The notes: a model not told the origin generated them from the letters alone. Shown: positions 49,516 to 60,156, numbered from the stretch's first letter. The stretch: 64,000 bases of DNA from Candidatus Omnitrophota bacterium (GCA_018830005.1 JAHJTE010000002.1:331809-395808); one strand, 5' to 3'. Made by a program: numbers and translations.

Positions 49516-51699
49516 TTATATAAGAGAAGGCATGTTTAATGCAGGGTGATTTTTCTCTTTTAAATACTTCACTAGATCCTCTGCTGTAACAGCAATAGTC
49601 TCATCTGCAATCTTTTCAAAGAAATCTGGCTCATTGATCTCTTTACTTCGCTGTTTTAAGCGGCTCATTAGAGCCTCTTTCAATTCCTTAGGCATCCAGA
49701 CTAAGCGCTTCAAGCCGCCATCAGCTGATATGAATTTCTTACTGGCAACATAAAGTTTACCCACTCCCAGAAACCCCGGAGTCTGTAATCCGCCACCAAC
49801 AGAACTGGCCAAAGTAGTAAATGTCATGCCAACCGGAGTCATGCCTGTGTGATCACGATGCACTACCATAACGCCATTGGCCTCTGGAATAACAGCAAGT
49901 ATGCACTCAAAACAGCCACAGGAAGTCTGAGGATTGTCCATAATTGAATACATGCTAACTATGGGAATACTCTTATTGGATTTCTCGTATACAAATTTAT
50001 TGGTATTTTCCCATTGTCCTAACTTCGTATCTATAGGCTTGCCCTTTGTCACCGGCTGGTTAGGACCTGTGGGAGTAATTTCATAAGATGCCTTTCCGTC
50101 TAACCAAGAATAAGCACCACAAAGGCCAAGACGCTCAGGAGTGATAATGCAGACATGATTAGGGGCAAAGGACTGACATAAAAGACAAGAAAAGAAGGTA
50201 TCCACTGATTCATCTGTCATGCCCATAATTCTCTCATCCCGTTCCTGAAAGGACTGGTTTGCCTTAACCAATAACTTCTCCACATCCTCTTGTTTCGTGT
50301 AAAGAGTTACCTGGACTTTATCTACAATTGCACTATATTCTTGGTGCAGCATTGCATGAATCAGAAGCCCTATGTGTTTTAAGCGAAATCCTTTATCAAA
50401 CGCATCTTTACTAATTCTAATCCAACACATATCTCTCTGACCAATATGCATTACGCCCATTGCACCATTGACATAACGATGAATCTGGCGTTCCATTATT
50501 GGCTCAAAATCCTTCTGCATCTTACGACCATAGACATTAACTACAATACCTAAAGGCATTGATTTTTTAACGCTATCTTCGATGGAATCCAAGTCCTGGC
50601 CGACTAATTCTACCTTAGCATCTTCAACTTCCTCTGTATCTTTAGTTTCTAAAAATTCTAAAGCTGTAGATGCCTTACCGCCAAATTCTACTGCCAAGTT
50701 CTCTTTCCTTACCCTTTCTCCTTCAAATGCAGCAGCGTAGGGAACCGGAATCGGAACCTTGCTTACCTTTACCTTTACCCCGCGCACATCAACACAGCGA
50801 GAGACTATTTTTTTATAATCAAATTCTTTTACTAATGCCTCGTAAATAGTTACTCCGCTTGGTTTAATCTCCGGAATATCTGTATCCGCAATCACGGGAA
50901 ATCCCATTGCGATTGCGCCAGCACCAGTGGCATACTTGATATCATCCAAAGGCCCTAAAGCAAGTCCAAATGCAAACACCCTATTCTTTGTATATAAAAG
51001 GCATTTTTGCACCTGACCCGGCTTTATGCCGCCAAAGGTAATTGCTGATCTTATTGCCCAATTAAGAGGATAGATTGCTGATTGGGTATCTCTACCATAA
51101 GGCACGATATAAGTATCCCAGCCCATCTCTACTTTTTCTTCTTTAAGCTGGTCAACAATAGAACGGCCGTTGCTTGAGCAACCCACAAAGGTAAGTATAT
51201 TTCTCTTCTGCAACTCTCTGACAATATCTACAGCGATTTTATTATCAGGCGCAGCGCCTAAGATAGCAGCAAATCCTGGCATACGGCCATCAACTAATTG
51301 TATGCCTAAAGAGCGCATTGCTGTATCAGAAAAGAATCCATTACAATCAACCTGGGGTTCCTCCTCTTTTAGATATCTTAAGGCCATGATGATTTCTTCT
51401 GCTAGGAGTGCTGCTATTCCAGCATCAAGCGTTACTCCTAAATAGGGCAACCAGAGCTTTTCACTCGGCACCTCTGGCAATAAAGACTTTGCGTGTTTTA
51501 ATATTTTAGTTACATCAGCGAGTGTCTTTGTCTCATAGGCAAATAAGGCATAAGAAAATGGAAGATAGAATGCTGTCTCAGGATACGCTATTTTTGTTTC
51601 AGGGCCTTTTTCTTTTAAGGCTTGTTCAAAAAGGCTTGCAGCCTCATTTACTAAACTGTGTGCACCCCTTATCGCACTCGTTGCAACAATCTTTGACAT
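49516..51699 (-). CDS. acsB: Acetyl-CoA synthase (CODH/ACS A-cluster subunit)
   Basis: PETAFYLP, LVDGRMPG; A-cluster ligands CLLCQSFAPNHVC, GLCGA, SCGCFEC; DGGLKRLVWMPK. Confidence 0.96.
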   Translation of the reverse strand: MSKIVATSAIRGAHSLVNEAASLFEQALKEKGPETKIAYPETAFYLPFSYALFAYETKTLADVTKILKHAKSLLPEVPSEKLWLPYLGVTLDAGIAALLAEEIIMALRYLKEEEPQVDCNGFFSDTAMRSLGIQLVDGRMPGFAAILGAAPDNKIAVDIVRELQKRNILTFVGCSSNGRSIVDQLKEEKVEMGWDTYIVPYGRDTQSAIYPLNWAIRSAITFGGIKPGQVQKCLLYTKNRVFAFGLALGPLDDIKYATGAGAIAMGFPVIADTDIPEIKPSGVTIYEALVKEFDYKKIVSRCVDVRGVKVKVSKVPIPVPYAAAFEGERVRKENLAVEFGGKASTALEFLETKDTEEVEDAKVELVGQDLDSIEDSVKKSMPLGIVVNVYGRKMQKDFEPIMERQIHRYVNGAMGVMHIGQRDMCWIRISKDAFDKGFRLKHIGLLIHAMLHQEYSAIVDKVQVTLYTKQEDVEKLLVKANQSFQERDERIMGMTDESVDTFFSCLLCQSFAPNHVCIITPERLGLCGAYSWLDGKASYEITPTGPNQPVTKGKPIDTKLGQWENTNKFVYEKSNKSIPIVSMYSIMDNPQTSCGCFECILAVIPEANGVMVVHRDHTGMTPVGMTFTTLASSVGGGLQTPGFLGVGKLYVASKKFISADGGLKRLVWMPKELKEALMSRLKQRSKEINEPDFFEKIADETIAVTAEDLVKYLKEKNHPALNMPSLI

Positions 51700-51739
51700 A
51701 TCAGGCCTCCAACGAATTAGTCAATTTATCGATTTTTTA

Positions 51740-52999
51740 TTATTTCTTCAAGTAGACTTCATCCCTACCAAATAAATCAATCACCTTAGCATAGCTGAAA
51801 GAATCAGCCAATAACTGCGTCTTTATAGACGAGATATCTGTTCTTTCCCTTATTAATCTTAAGAATATTCCGCTATTTTCTATTTTACCTACACCGATAA
51901 ACCCTTTCAGGATATTGTCCTTTATGATAAATTTCTTATAGATTGAATTCTTTTTATCACTAAATCTTAAAGTTTCGCAATCCTCTTCTTCTTTTTTCAG
52001 GCCAATAGAGATAACCGGCAGAGCAAAAAAGTCAACAGAATTCATGGCGACGGAACCTGAATAAGCGCATTTTTCTCCTCTAATATTAGAGCCGGCAATT
52101 CTTCCTTGTTCAACAGCATTTGGCCAGAGGGCATTTATGTAAGATGCGCCTCTTGCAACGTCAAAGGTCTCAGCCACATCACCAGCAGCAAAAACTCCCT
52201 CAACGTTAGTTTGCAAGTATTCATTTGTCAATATTCCAAAATTCGTATTAATTCCTGATTGCTTAACCAGTTCTATATTCGGACTAACGCCTTTTCCAAC
52301 AATTACTATGGCAGATTCAATAATCTTGCCGGATGAAAGTTTTACTGCCCTTACCTGGCCATTACCGATAATTTCCACTGCCTCCTCGCCTGTTAAAATC
52401 TCTATACCCTGATTCTCTAAATGCGCACCAACAATAGATGCAGCTTCCTCATCCAGGACCTGTGACATAACTTGTTTTGATTTAATAAGCACCTTTACAC
52501 TCAGTCCTCTCCTCTTTAGTGCATAAGCAGCCTTTAGACCAATAAGACCGCCTCCTAAAATGCAAGCAGCCTTTGCATAGACAGCTATAGATATTATATC
52601 CTTGGCATCGTTAAGCGTGCGAAAACCTGAAACCCCTTCTCTTTTAATACCTTTTGTCTCCGGTAGCTTAGACCTTGCTCCAGTTGCAATTAAGGCAATA
52701 TCAAAATCAAGTTTTGAATTATCTAATAAGGTTAAACGTCGCTTCTTAGGATCAAGTTTTATAACCTTTTTACCCAATGCTAAATCAACTGAATTCTCCT
52801 TATAAAAATCTTCTGGCCGAAGCCTCAGCTTGGCCTGGAGGACCTCACCTGAAACAAAAGAAGTAATGAGGCAACGACAATATGCCGGATATTCTTCATC
52901 GGAAATTAGCGTTATCTTCGAATCCTTGTCACGGCTTCTTATAGCCTCAACGCAAGAGACAGCTGCAGCAGAATTTCCAATAATACAGATATGCTTCAT
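51740..52999 (-). CDS. FAD/NAD(P)-dependent oxidoreductase (NirB/rubredoxin reductase-like, FNOR)
   Basis: IIGNSAA FAD motif, YCRC, IATGA, GGGLIG NAD motif, FAAGDVA, WPNAVEQG. Confidence 0.88.
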   Translation of the reverse strand: MKHICIIGNSAAAVSCVEAIRSRDKDSKITLISDEEYPAYCRCLITSFVSGEVLQAKLRLRPEDFYKENSVDLALGKKVIKLDPKKRRLTLLDNSKLDFDIALIATGARSKLPETKGIKREGVSGFRTLNDAKDIISIAVYAKAACILGGGLIGLKAAYALKRRGLSVKVLIKSKQVMSQVLDEEAASIVGAHLENQGIEILTGEEAVEIIGNGQVRAVKLSSGKIIESAIVIVGKGVSPNIELVKQSGINTNFGILTNEYLQTNVEGVFAAGDVAETFDVARGASYINALWPNAVEQGRIAGSNIRGEKCAYSGSVAMNSVDFFALPVISIGLKKEEEDCETLRFSDKKNSIYKKFIIKDNILKGFIGVGKIENSGIFLRLIRERTDISSIKTQLLADSFSYAKVIDLFGRDEVYLKK

Positions 53000-53448
53000 T
53001 TTACGCCCTCTTCCTCTTCGTAACTAATCGCCTTTGTAGGACAATTCTTTGCACATTGGGGCTGGCCAATCTCAACACAATGATCACAGCGAGTAGGGAT
53101 TTTAACGCGTTTATCAGGTCTTATCGCACCATAAGGACAGACCATAATACACATCCAACAGCCAACGCATTTGTCTTTATCGTGAATTACCTCTTTTTTC
53201 TCAAGATCATAAGTCAAGGCACGCGCTATGCAGGCGTCAACACATTTAGGATCATCACAATGCCTACAGGCAACAGGAAAATTTTTACCTTTATCTTGAA
53301 AGACCTTTACCTTAGGCAGGTGTATCTTTTTCTCACTTATTGCCTCAAAGATATCTTTGCTCAAGGAATGACCCACAAAACAGACAAGTTCACAAGTCCT
53401 GCAGGCCACACATTTAGTCACATCATAATGTAGTCTTTTCTTTTTCAT
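52996..53448 (-). CDS. cooF: 4x[4Fe-4S] ferredoxin-like electron transfer subunit
   Basis: CVACRTCELVC, CRHCDDPKCVDAC, CVGCWMCIMVCPYG, CDHC...CAKNCP; directly after cooS. Confidence 0.85.
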   Translation of the reverse strand: MKKKRLHYDVTKCVACRTCELVCFVGHSLSKDIFEAISEKKIHLPKVKVFQDKGKNFPVACRHCDDPKCVDACIARALTYDLEKKEVIHDKDKCVGCWMCIMVCPYGAIRPDKRVKIPTRCDHCVEIGQPQCAKNCPTKAISYEEEEGVK

Positions 53449-53454
53449 TGTCCT

Positions 53455-55383
53455 TTACCTACCTACCTCTACCTTGGATTCATACATCATTGGCTTTAGA
53501 CTGAGTGCCTTTCTTTTAGAATCTATGTGTTCAATCATAATCTTGGCCATTTTCAAAGGGTCTTTATCAAAGGCCCATTTCCCGCCTGTAATCTTCTCCA
53601 CGTCTTCAAAAACGTATTTAGTCATATTATCGCTGCCATAAACAGGCAAAGGTTCACCCAGCACAACCAAAAGTCCAGAAGCAACAAAATACCAACCAAT
53701 GGCGATTGCCTTCTCGCTCATCCATTCTGGAGCAGCGCCTGCCACAGGAAGCTCATCTAGGCTCCTACCAATGCCGCCTTCTTTTACCATCTCACAACAG
53801 GCAGTAAGTATTCTAGAATTATCCACACAAGAACCCAAATGCAGAACCGGCGGACAACCTACTGCCTCACATACCTCTTTTAAACCTTTGCCAGCATAAT
53901 CAAAAGCAGCCTCAGGAGTCAACAGGCCTGCTCGACCGCAGGAAAGCGCAGAACAGCCCGTTTGAACCACCAATACATCATTTTTTATCAATTCTTTAAC
54001 CAATGTAACGTGGCTTGCGCTACTTGCCATTTTCGGATTATCGCATCCCACAACACCAGCAACACCTCTAATGCGTCCGTTAATAATTGCCTCGTTCAAC
54101 GGCTTGTAGCTTGGCCTATATCTTCCGCCTAACATATCAAACACATATTCAGTAGTAAAACCAGGTATTAGGTCTTTTCCTTCTCCCTTAGGAATACAAA
54201 CCTTTTCCTTATTACGATTCGGAAAATTCTCAATTGCCATACGAACTATTGCTTTGGCAATAGGCAGGGCCTCTTCTTCATGGAATTCTACATGATTCAT
54301 GCCTGGAAAGCGTGCCTTTTCAGAAGTTGATACTATTTTTGTATGAAAGCAATTCCCTAACTCAGATAACGAAGGCATAATACATTGTAAATCAACAAGC
54401 ATCAAATCTACAGCGCCAGTCATAATTGCCAACTCCTGCTGCAAAAAATCCCCTGCTACTGGATATCCACGACGAACAAGAATCTCATTGGCAGTACAGC
54501 AAATACCAGCAAGGTTTATTCCCAAGGCACCATGCTCTTTAGCCAGAGAAATAAGCTCTGGATCACTTGAGGCATCACAAATAACCTCTGATAAAAGCGG
54601 AACATGCCCATGCACTATTAAGTTTACCTGATCCTCTTTTAGAACTGACAAATTCGCCTTTGCTCTTTTAGGAGAAGGTTTGCCAAATAATATATCAGTT
54701 AATTCTGTAGCAATCATTGAACCGCCCCAGCCATCAGCTAAAGCTACACGCATACCATGCTGCATTAAATTATTATAATCATTGTCTACTCCAATATGAG
54801 TGCGACTCAAGGCCTCAACTGGCTCTCTGTCAATGCCGCGCGGCATAAGAGAATATTTTCTCCAGATCTTTTTCTGTTTCTCAGGAGCACGCTGTATAAG
54901 GGCAAGCTCTCCTTCCTGCTGACCAAATTCAGCAAACATTTTTTCCGCCAGCTCTTTTGCAATTGTCTCTACTGTCCGGCCATCAACATTTACCTTATAT
55001 TCTTTTGCAACTGCTTTAAGTTTTTCTTCATCCCTAACCTTATAGAATTTAGTTTTACCAACAGCAGTTAAATGTAAAGTCTTGACTATTTCGCGACCAT
55101 GATCACTATGACAAGAAGCCCCAGCAGCAATATGGCGTACCAAATTCCTTGCCGAAATTGTATCTGCATCTGCACCGCAGACACCACGAGTAGCACCTTC
55201 CCCAAAAGGATCAATGCGACAAGGACCCAGGTTGCAATTCTTGCAACACAGGCCCAACGTGCCAAAACCACAATGTGGCTGTTGTTTTTCCTCGCGCTCC
55301 CAAATTGTCTGAATGCCTTCTTGTTGGCTGCGTTCGTATAATTGATTCTGTATTGGGTCTTTTTTTAAATCTTCACGACTCAT
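53455..55383 (-). CDS. cooS: Anaerobic Ni-CO dehydrogenase catalytic subunit
   Basis: HCGFG..GLCCKNCNLGPC..GVCG (D/B clusters); C-cluster HGH, GICCTANE, DLQC, GCDN, TGC, GSCVDNSR; EWMSEKA. Confidence 0.96.
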   Translation of the reverse strand: MSREDLKKDPIQNQLYERSQQEGIQTIWEREEKQQPHCGFGTLGLCCKNCNLGPCRIDPFGEGATRGVCGADADTISARNLVRHIAAGASCHSDHGREIVKTLHLTAVGKTKFYKVRDEEKLKAVAKEYKVNVDGRTVETIAKELAEKMFAEFGQQEGELALIQRAPEKQKKIWRKYSLMPRGIDREPVEALSRTHIGVDNDYNNLMQHGMRVALADGWGGSMIATELTDILFGKPSPKRAKANLSVLKEDQVNLIVHGHVPLLSEVICDASSDPELISLAKEHGALGINLAGICCTANEILVRRGYPVAGDFLQQELAIMTGAVDLMLVDLQCIMPSLSELGNCFHTKIVSTSEKARFPGMNHVEFHEEEALPIAKAIVRMAIENFPNRNKEKVCIPKGEGKDLIPGFTTEYVFDMLGGRYRPSYKPLNEAIINGRIRGVAGVVGCDNPKMASSASHVTLVKELIKNDVLVVQTGCSALSCGRAGLLTPEAAFDYAGKGLKEVCEAVGCPPVLHLGSCVDNSRILTACCEMVKEGGIGRSLDELPVAGAAPEWMSEKAIAIGWYFVASGLLVVLGEPLPVYGSDNMTKYVFEDVEKITGGKWAFDKDPLKMAKIMIEHIDSKRKALSLKPMMYESKVEVGR

Positions 55384-55424
55384 ATTTAGCCTCCGTAAAA
55401 TTAAATCAGCGCCATCCCAAGCTA

Positions 55425-56183
55425 TTAATTGCTTAACGTATACAATTTATTAAAAATTTCGTCAAATTCAACCTTCAGGTTATCATCAAACTTAAATACT
55501 CCCCGATTAGCCTGTAAAGATTCACTTAAGTGTATAAAACCCAAAAACTCATTTCCTAAATTTTTGAGTAGGAAATCTCTATCCTGTTCACTCTCTATTT
55601 TGTTACCGACAAAAAAACTCATTCTTATGCCTAATTCTTTTACTAAACTCTTAATGCGGCCTGCGGTAACCACGCCTAGCTGGGTTGGTTCGACTACAAT
55701 TAAGGCCACGTCTACATTAGCTGCTGTTGCCCGGCCTAAATGTTCACTGCCAGCCACCATATCCAGAATAACGACTTCATTCTTTCTTAATACCAGGTGT
55801 GAAATTAGCCTTTTAATAAATGTGTTTTCCGGACACATGCAGCCGCTGCCAGCCTTGGAAACCTTACCCATAACAATGAGCTTTATGCCATTATGGATTT
55901 TGCAAAATTTATCCGGTATATCATCTACTTTGGGATTTATCTTAAAAAAAGTGGAGGGCGTATCAAGAGACTCGACCTCAGTACGTTCTGCAATAAGCTG
56001 CTTCATTTCAGAGATAGGGACGATCTCTTCCTCGAGGGGAAAACCTAAGCAAATAGAAAAATTTGCATCAGGGTCACAATCCACAATAATGACCTGCTTG
56101 CCTTGCTCTTTAAATTCTAAAGCAAGAGCACTTGCTAGGGTTGTTTTACCGGCTCCTCCTTTACCGGTTACGGCAATCTTCAT
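55425..56183 (-). CDS. cooC: CODH nickel-insertion ATPase
   Basis: TGKGGAGKTT, DCDPD.N, GSGCMCPEN, DMVAG.EHLGR.T. Confidence 0.93.
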   Translation of the reverse strand: MKIAVTGKGGAGKTTLASALALEFKEQGKQVIIVDCDPDANFSICLGFPLEEEIVPISEMKQLIAERTEVESLDTPSTFFKINPKVDDIPDKFCKIHNGIKLIVMGKVSKAGSGCMCPENTFIKRLISHLVLRKNEVVILDMVAGSEHLGRATAANVDVALIVVEPTQLGVVTAGRIKSLVKELGIRMSFFVGNKIESEQDRDFLLKNLGNEFLGFIHLSESLQANRGVFKFDDNLKVEFDEIFNKLYTLSN

Positions 56184-56184
56184 G

Positions 56185-57054
56185 TTATAATCCTGCTGCC
56201 TCTAGAACAAGCGGCACTTTCTTATCCCATCCTATAGGCATAATATGAACACCATCACACATCGGCTTTAAAGCCTTTATCAGCCCTGCTGCAATATCAA
56301 TTGATGTAGCAACCTTATCAGTTGTATCCTGCATCTGGCTTATTAATTCTTGAGGCACATTAACACCAGCTACGTTTTTATTCATATACTTTGCCATACC
56401 AGCTGATTTTAAAAGTACGATTCCTACTAAGATTTTTGTCTTTAGATGCTTAATTTTTTTAATGAAATTCTCGAATATCTCCACATCATATACTGCCTGG
56501 GTTTGAAAGAATTCTGCTCCTGCTTCGATCTTTTTCTCCATCTTTATAATCTGCGGCTCTAAAGGGTCGGCGCCTGGATTTACTACAGCTCCGACGCAAA
56601 ACTTCCCAGATTCACCCTCTAAGGCATTGCCTGCCATATCCTTACCAGCCTCCAGACCCCTTATAACCTTAATCAATTGTACAGAATCCAAATCAAATAC
56701 TGGTTTTGCCTGAGGATGATCGCCCAAAGAAGGATGATCACCTGTTAAGGCCAAGACATTTTCAATGCCTAAACTCGCAGCAGATAAAATATCTGATTGT
56801 AAGGCAAGGCGATTCCTATCCCTACAGGTAAGCTGATAAATCGGCTCATATCCTTTTTCCTTCAAGAGCCGACAGACCGCCAGGGAGCCTAAGCGCATCA
56901 CTGAACTCTGCAGGTCTGTAACATTTATTGCATCAACGCGGCTGCGAATGAGTTCTGCATCCTCTAGGAGGGTTTCGGTGTGTATTCCTTTAGGCGGGCC
57001 AATCTCGCTGGTAATTAGAAATTTTTCCTGTTTGATTTTTTCTTTAAAACTCAT
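56185..57054 (-). CDS. metF: Methylenetetrahydrofolate reductase
   Basis: EIGPPKG, INVTD, TCRDRNRLALQSD, LTGDH, KKIEAGAEFFQTQ, GVHIM. Confidence 0.93.
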   Translation of the reverse strand: MSFKEKIKQEKFLITSEIGPPKGIHTETLLEDAELIRSRVDAINVTDLQSSVMRLGSLAVCRLLKEKGYEPIYQLTCRDRNRLALQSDILSAASLGIENVLALTGDHPSLGDHPQAKPVFDLDSVQLIKVIRGLEAGKDMAGNALEGESGKFCVGAVVNPGADPLEPQIIKMEKKIEAGAEFFQTQAVYDVEIFENFIKKIKHLKTKILVGIVLLKSAGMAKYMNKNVAGVNVPQELISQMQDTTDKVATSIDIAAGLIKALKPMCDGVHIMPIGWDKKVPLVLEAAGL

Positions 57055-57902
57055 TTTGAATTTAGGAACTTGTAGGCCTGAACTAGATTCTTCATCAACA
57101 TTGTAACTGTAAGCGGTCCGACTCCGCCGGGAACAGGGGTAATAAAAGAGGCTCTTTTGGCTGCATTTTCAAACTCAACATCTCCAACAAGCTTACCCTC
57201 AACTCTATTTATTCCTACATCAATAACAATTGCACCTTGTTTTATCCAGTCACCTGGGATTAGATTCGGCCTACCCACAGCAACGATTAAGATTTCTGCT
57301 TTTCTAACATGTTCCTCTAACTTGAGAGCCTTACTTGTAGCTATATGGCAAGTAGTAACAGTAGCAAATTCTTCCAAAAGAAGAAGACTTAAAGGTTTTC
57401 CTACTATCTCACTATGTCCAACTACTACAACCTCTTTACCATAAAGTTTAACCCCGGTCTCCTTCAACAATTGCATACAGGCAGCAGGCGTACAAGGTAG
57501 GATTTTGGCTTTACCAAACACAATCTTTCCCATATTGGCTGGATGCATGCCTTCAACATCCTTGTCTGGACTGATATATTGGCTAATCTTCTTATAATCA
57601 ATAGCAGCAGGTAAAGGCATCTGTATAATGATGCCATGGACAGCAGTATCGGAGTTGAATTTATATATAAATTCAATTAGTGCGCTCTCAGTTGTGTCCT
57701 GATTTAATTTATGATACCGATAATCTATTCCTAAATTCTCGGCTGTTTTCTTTTGGCTTTTGGCATAACTTTCAGAGCCGGCATTGTCTCCCACCTGCAC
57801 GCTGACTAGAACTGGCTTAGAAGAAAACTCTTCCACTTCCTTCTTTATCTCTTCTTTTATTCTAACGGCAATCGGTTTACCTTCTAACAATTTCGCGCAC
57901 AT
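57051..57902 (-). CDS. folD: Methylenetetrahydrofolate dehydrogenase (FolD family; probably monofunctional)
   Basis: QMPLP, KDVEG.HP.N, PCTP, IVGKP, DVGINR, GDV, TPVPGGVGP.T. Confidence 0.95.
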   Translation of the reverse strand: MCAKLLEGKPIAVRIKEEIKKEVEEFSSKPVLVSVQVGDNAGSESYAKSQKKTAENLGIDYRYHKLNQDTTESALIEFIYKFNSDTAVHGIIIQMPLPAAIDYKKISQYISPDKDVEGMHPANMGKIVFGKAKILPCTPAACMQLLKETGVKLYGKEVVVVGHSEIVGKPLSLLLLEEFATVTTCHIATSKALKLEEHVRKAEILIVAVGRPNLIPGDWIKQGAIVIDVGINRVEGKLVGDVEFENAAKRASFITPVPGGVGPLTVTMLMKNLVQAYKFLNSK

Positions 57903-58437
57903 AAGTCACTACCTCATCTCTTATTGCTTTAAGCATATCTTCGTTTTTATCAAGCTCTTGTATTATATTTGCTTTTTTCTCATCTTCCAAGATATTTTTT
58001 AGATTTATCTCTACATTAATCCTAGCACAAGAAAAAGCAGCCATTAAACAATCAATTCCACATGCTACATCTGTTATTAGATTAGGATTGCCTTTCTTGG
58101 CAAGGTCAGGACATAGACAAGCTGCCTCAGATGCTAAGTGAGAGATCTCAAGCGGGACGCTTAAGGATTTCTGGATATCTTTGGACTTAAAGGCTGCTAC
58201 ATCTTCATCAATAAGTTCTTGAAAACGGCTGTTTAATTTCCGGGACTCCTCCAAGATCTTACTTACGTCATTCTCTACTGATTTGTGCTTTTCTTTTCCG
58301 ACAGTGAAATTACAAACCATGTTTATGAGGCTTGTTCCCAGACAAGCCAAAACAGCAGCTGCTGAACCTCCACCAGGTGCAGGTAACTTATCTGATAAAT
58401 CGTCGAGATATTTTTTCAATGAGTCGTTAATGTACAT
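57877..58437 (-). CDS. fchA: Methenyltetrahydrofolate cyclohydrolase (FTCD C-terminal-like)
   Basis: PAPGGGSAAA, MV.N.T.GK, D.D..AF, GNPNLITD, NVEINL; between fhs and folD. Confidence 0.88.
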   Translation of the reverse strand: MYINDSLKKYLDDLSDKLPAPGGGSAAAVLACLGTSLINMVCNFTVGKEKHKSVENDVSKILEESRKLNSRFQELIDEDVAAFKSKDIQKSLSVPLEISHLASEAACLCPDLAKKGNPNLITDVACGIDCLMAAFSCARINVEINLKNILEDEKKANIIQELDKNEDMLKAIRDEVVTYVREIVRR

Positions 58438-58464
58438 ACTAACTCCGGTTTAAGCTATTATTAT

Positions 58465-60156
58465 TTAAAATAATCCGACAATCCTGCCTTCACTGTCAAT
58501 ATCCACATTCTCGCCAGCAGGGTTTGTAGGCAGCCCGGGCATAGTGCGCATCGTGCCACAGAGAGGATACAGGAATCCTGCACCTACTGAAGCGTTGATA
58601 TCGCGAATCGGTAATATAAAATCCTTTGGCGCTCCTTTTAATTTAGGGTCATGCGATAAGGACAGATGGGTCTTTGCCATACAAATCGGCAGTTTATCAA
58701 ACCCGAGCTTTGAAAACTCTGCAATCTTCTTTTGGGCCAAATCAGAATACTCCACATCTTTAGCACCATAAATTTTAGTCGCAATTGTTTTTATCTTGTC
58801 CTTAATTGGGATATCTAAAGCGTACAGGAACTTAAAATTCTTTTTAACTTTAGAGGCTGCGATAACTGACCTTGCTAACATCTCGCCGCCCTTGCCACCT
58901 TTTTCCCAAACCTCGCTTGCCACAGCATCCTCTGCTCCGGCCTTTAATGCCAAATCTCTCACCAAGTTAACTTCAGAATTTGTATCAGCACTAAATTTAT
59001 TAATCGCTACAACAACCGGGACTCCGAATAACTTCATATTCTCGATTTGTCTTAGGAGATTGCAGCTACCCAGCTTTACTGCCTCTAGATTCTCTTCTAA
59101 AAGAGCCTTATCCAAAGGCCTTCCGGCAATAACTTCAAATTTTCCCGAATGCATCTTGAGTGCCCTAATAGAGGAAACAATTACTACGCAATCCGGGCTA
59201 AGTCCGCTATAGCGGCACTTGATATTCATAAACTTCTCTGCGCCGCAATCTGCACCAAATCCTGCCTCAGTAACCACATAATCAGCTAATTTAAGGGCAA
59301 TCTTATCAGCTATAATTGAACTGTTACCATGAGCAATATTGGCAAAAGGCCCGGCATGAACAAAGCAAGGCGTATTCTCTAATGTCTGGATAAGGGTCGG
59401 TTTTATGGCATCCTTCAGCAACACAGCCATTGCTCCGGCAACCTTTATATCCTCGCATGTTACAGGCCTGCCGTCTTTTGTCCTTGCTAAAACAATCCTG
59501 CCAAGTCTTTTCCTTAAATCAGAGAGGCTATCTGTCAAGGCAAGAATAGCCATTACCTCTGAGGCAACCGTAATATCAAAACCTGAATCACGCGGGATGC
59601 CATCCTGAGAGGTCCCTAGGCCTATTTTTACATTTCGCAGGAATCTATCGCTTACATCAACAACGCGGCGCCAGCTGATTGTTGTAGGATCTATATCGAT
59701 CTTTTTCTTAAAATGCGCATTGTCTAAAAATGCGGCAGCCAAATTATGAGCAAGCCCAATCGCATGTACGTCTCCGGTAAAATGAAGATTAAAATCCTCC
59801 ATTGGTATTACTTGAGAATATCCGCCGCCTGCAGCGCCTCCTTTTATACCGAATACAGGCCCTAGGGAAGGTTGTCGAATACAAGCTAGTGTATTACCTA
59901 CTATCCGATTCAAACCCATAGAAAGCCCAATAGTAGTAACGGTCTTGCCTTCTCCCAAAGGCGTTGGGGTGATTGCCGTGACAAGGATATACTTAGCGCT
60001 AGGCCTGTTTTTTATCCTGTCTAAAATAGAAAGCGAAACCTTAGCTTTATGCTCGCCGTATAATTCTAATTCAGAAGTGCGAATCCCTGCTCTTGAGGCG
60101 ATTTTTTTAATCGGTTTAATCTTTGCAGCTTGAGCAATTCCTAAATCAGGCAACAT
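58465..60156 (-). CDS. fhs: Formate-tetrahydrofolate ligase
   Basis: [59 protein letters not shown]. Confidence 0.97.
   Translation of the reverse strand: MLPDLGIAQAAKIKPIKKIASRAGIRTSELELYGEHKAKVSLSILDRIKNRPSAKYILVTAITPTPLGEGKTVTTIGLSMGLNRIVGNTLACIRQPSLGPVFGIKGGAAGGGYSQVIPMEDFNLHFTGDVHAIGLAHNLAAAFLDNAHFKKKIDIDPTTISWRRVVDVSDRFLRNVKIGLGTSQDGIPRDSGFDITVASEVMAILALTDSLSDLRKRLGRIVLARTKDGRPVTCEDIKVAGAMAVLLKDAIKPTLIQTLENTPCFVHAGPFANIAHGNSSIIADKIALKLADYVVTEAGFGADCGAEKFMNIKCRYSGLSPDCVVIVSSIRALKMHSGKFEVIAGRPLDKALLEENLEAVKLGSCNLLRQIENMKLFGVPVVVAINKFSADTNSEVNLVRDLALKAGAEDAVASEVWEKGGKGGEMLARSVIAASKVKKNFKFLYALDIPIKDKIKTIATKIYGAKDVEYSDLAQKKIAEFSKLGFDKLPICMAKTHLSLSHDPKLKGAPKDFILPIRDINASVGAGFLYPLCGTMRTMPGLPTNPAGENVDIDSEGRIVGLF

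Noticed and set aside
55429-56190. 253-aa plus-strand ORF
   Set aside because: Antisense shadow covering almost exactly cooC, with no recognisable motifs.
49516-60156. Selenocysteine read-through or frameshifts in the Wood-Ljungdahl genes
   Set aside because: All ORFs are full length with Cys at the expected ligand positions, and no in-frame TGA interrupts a domain.
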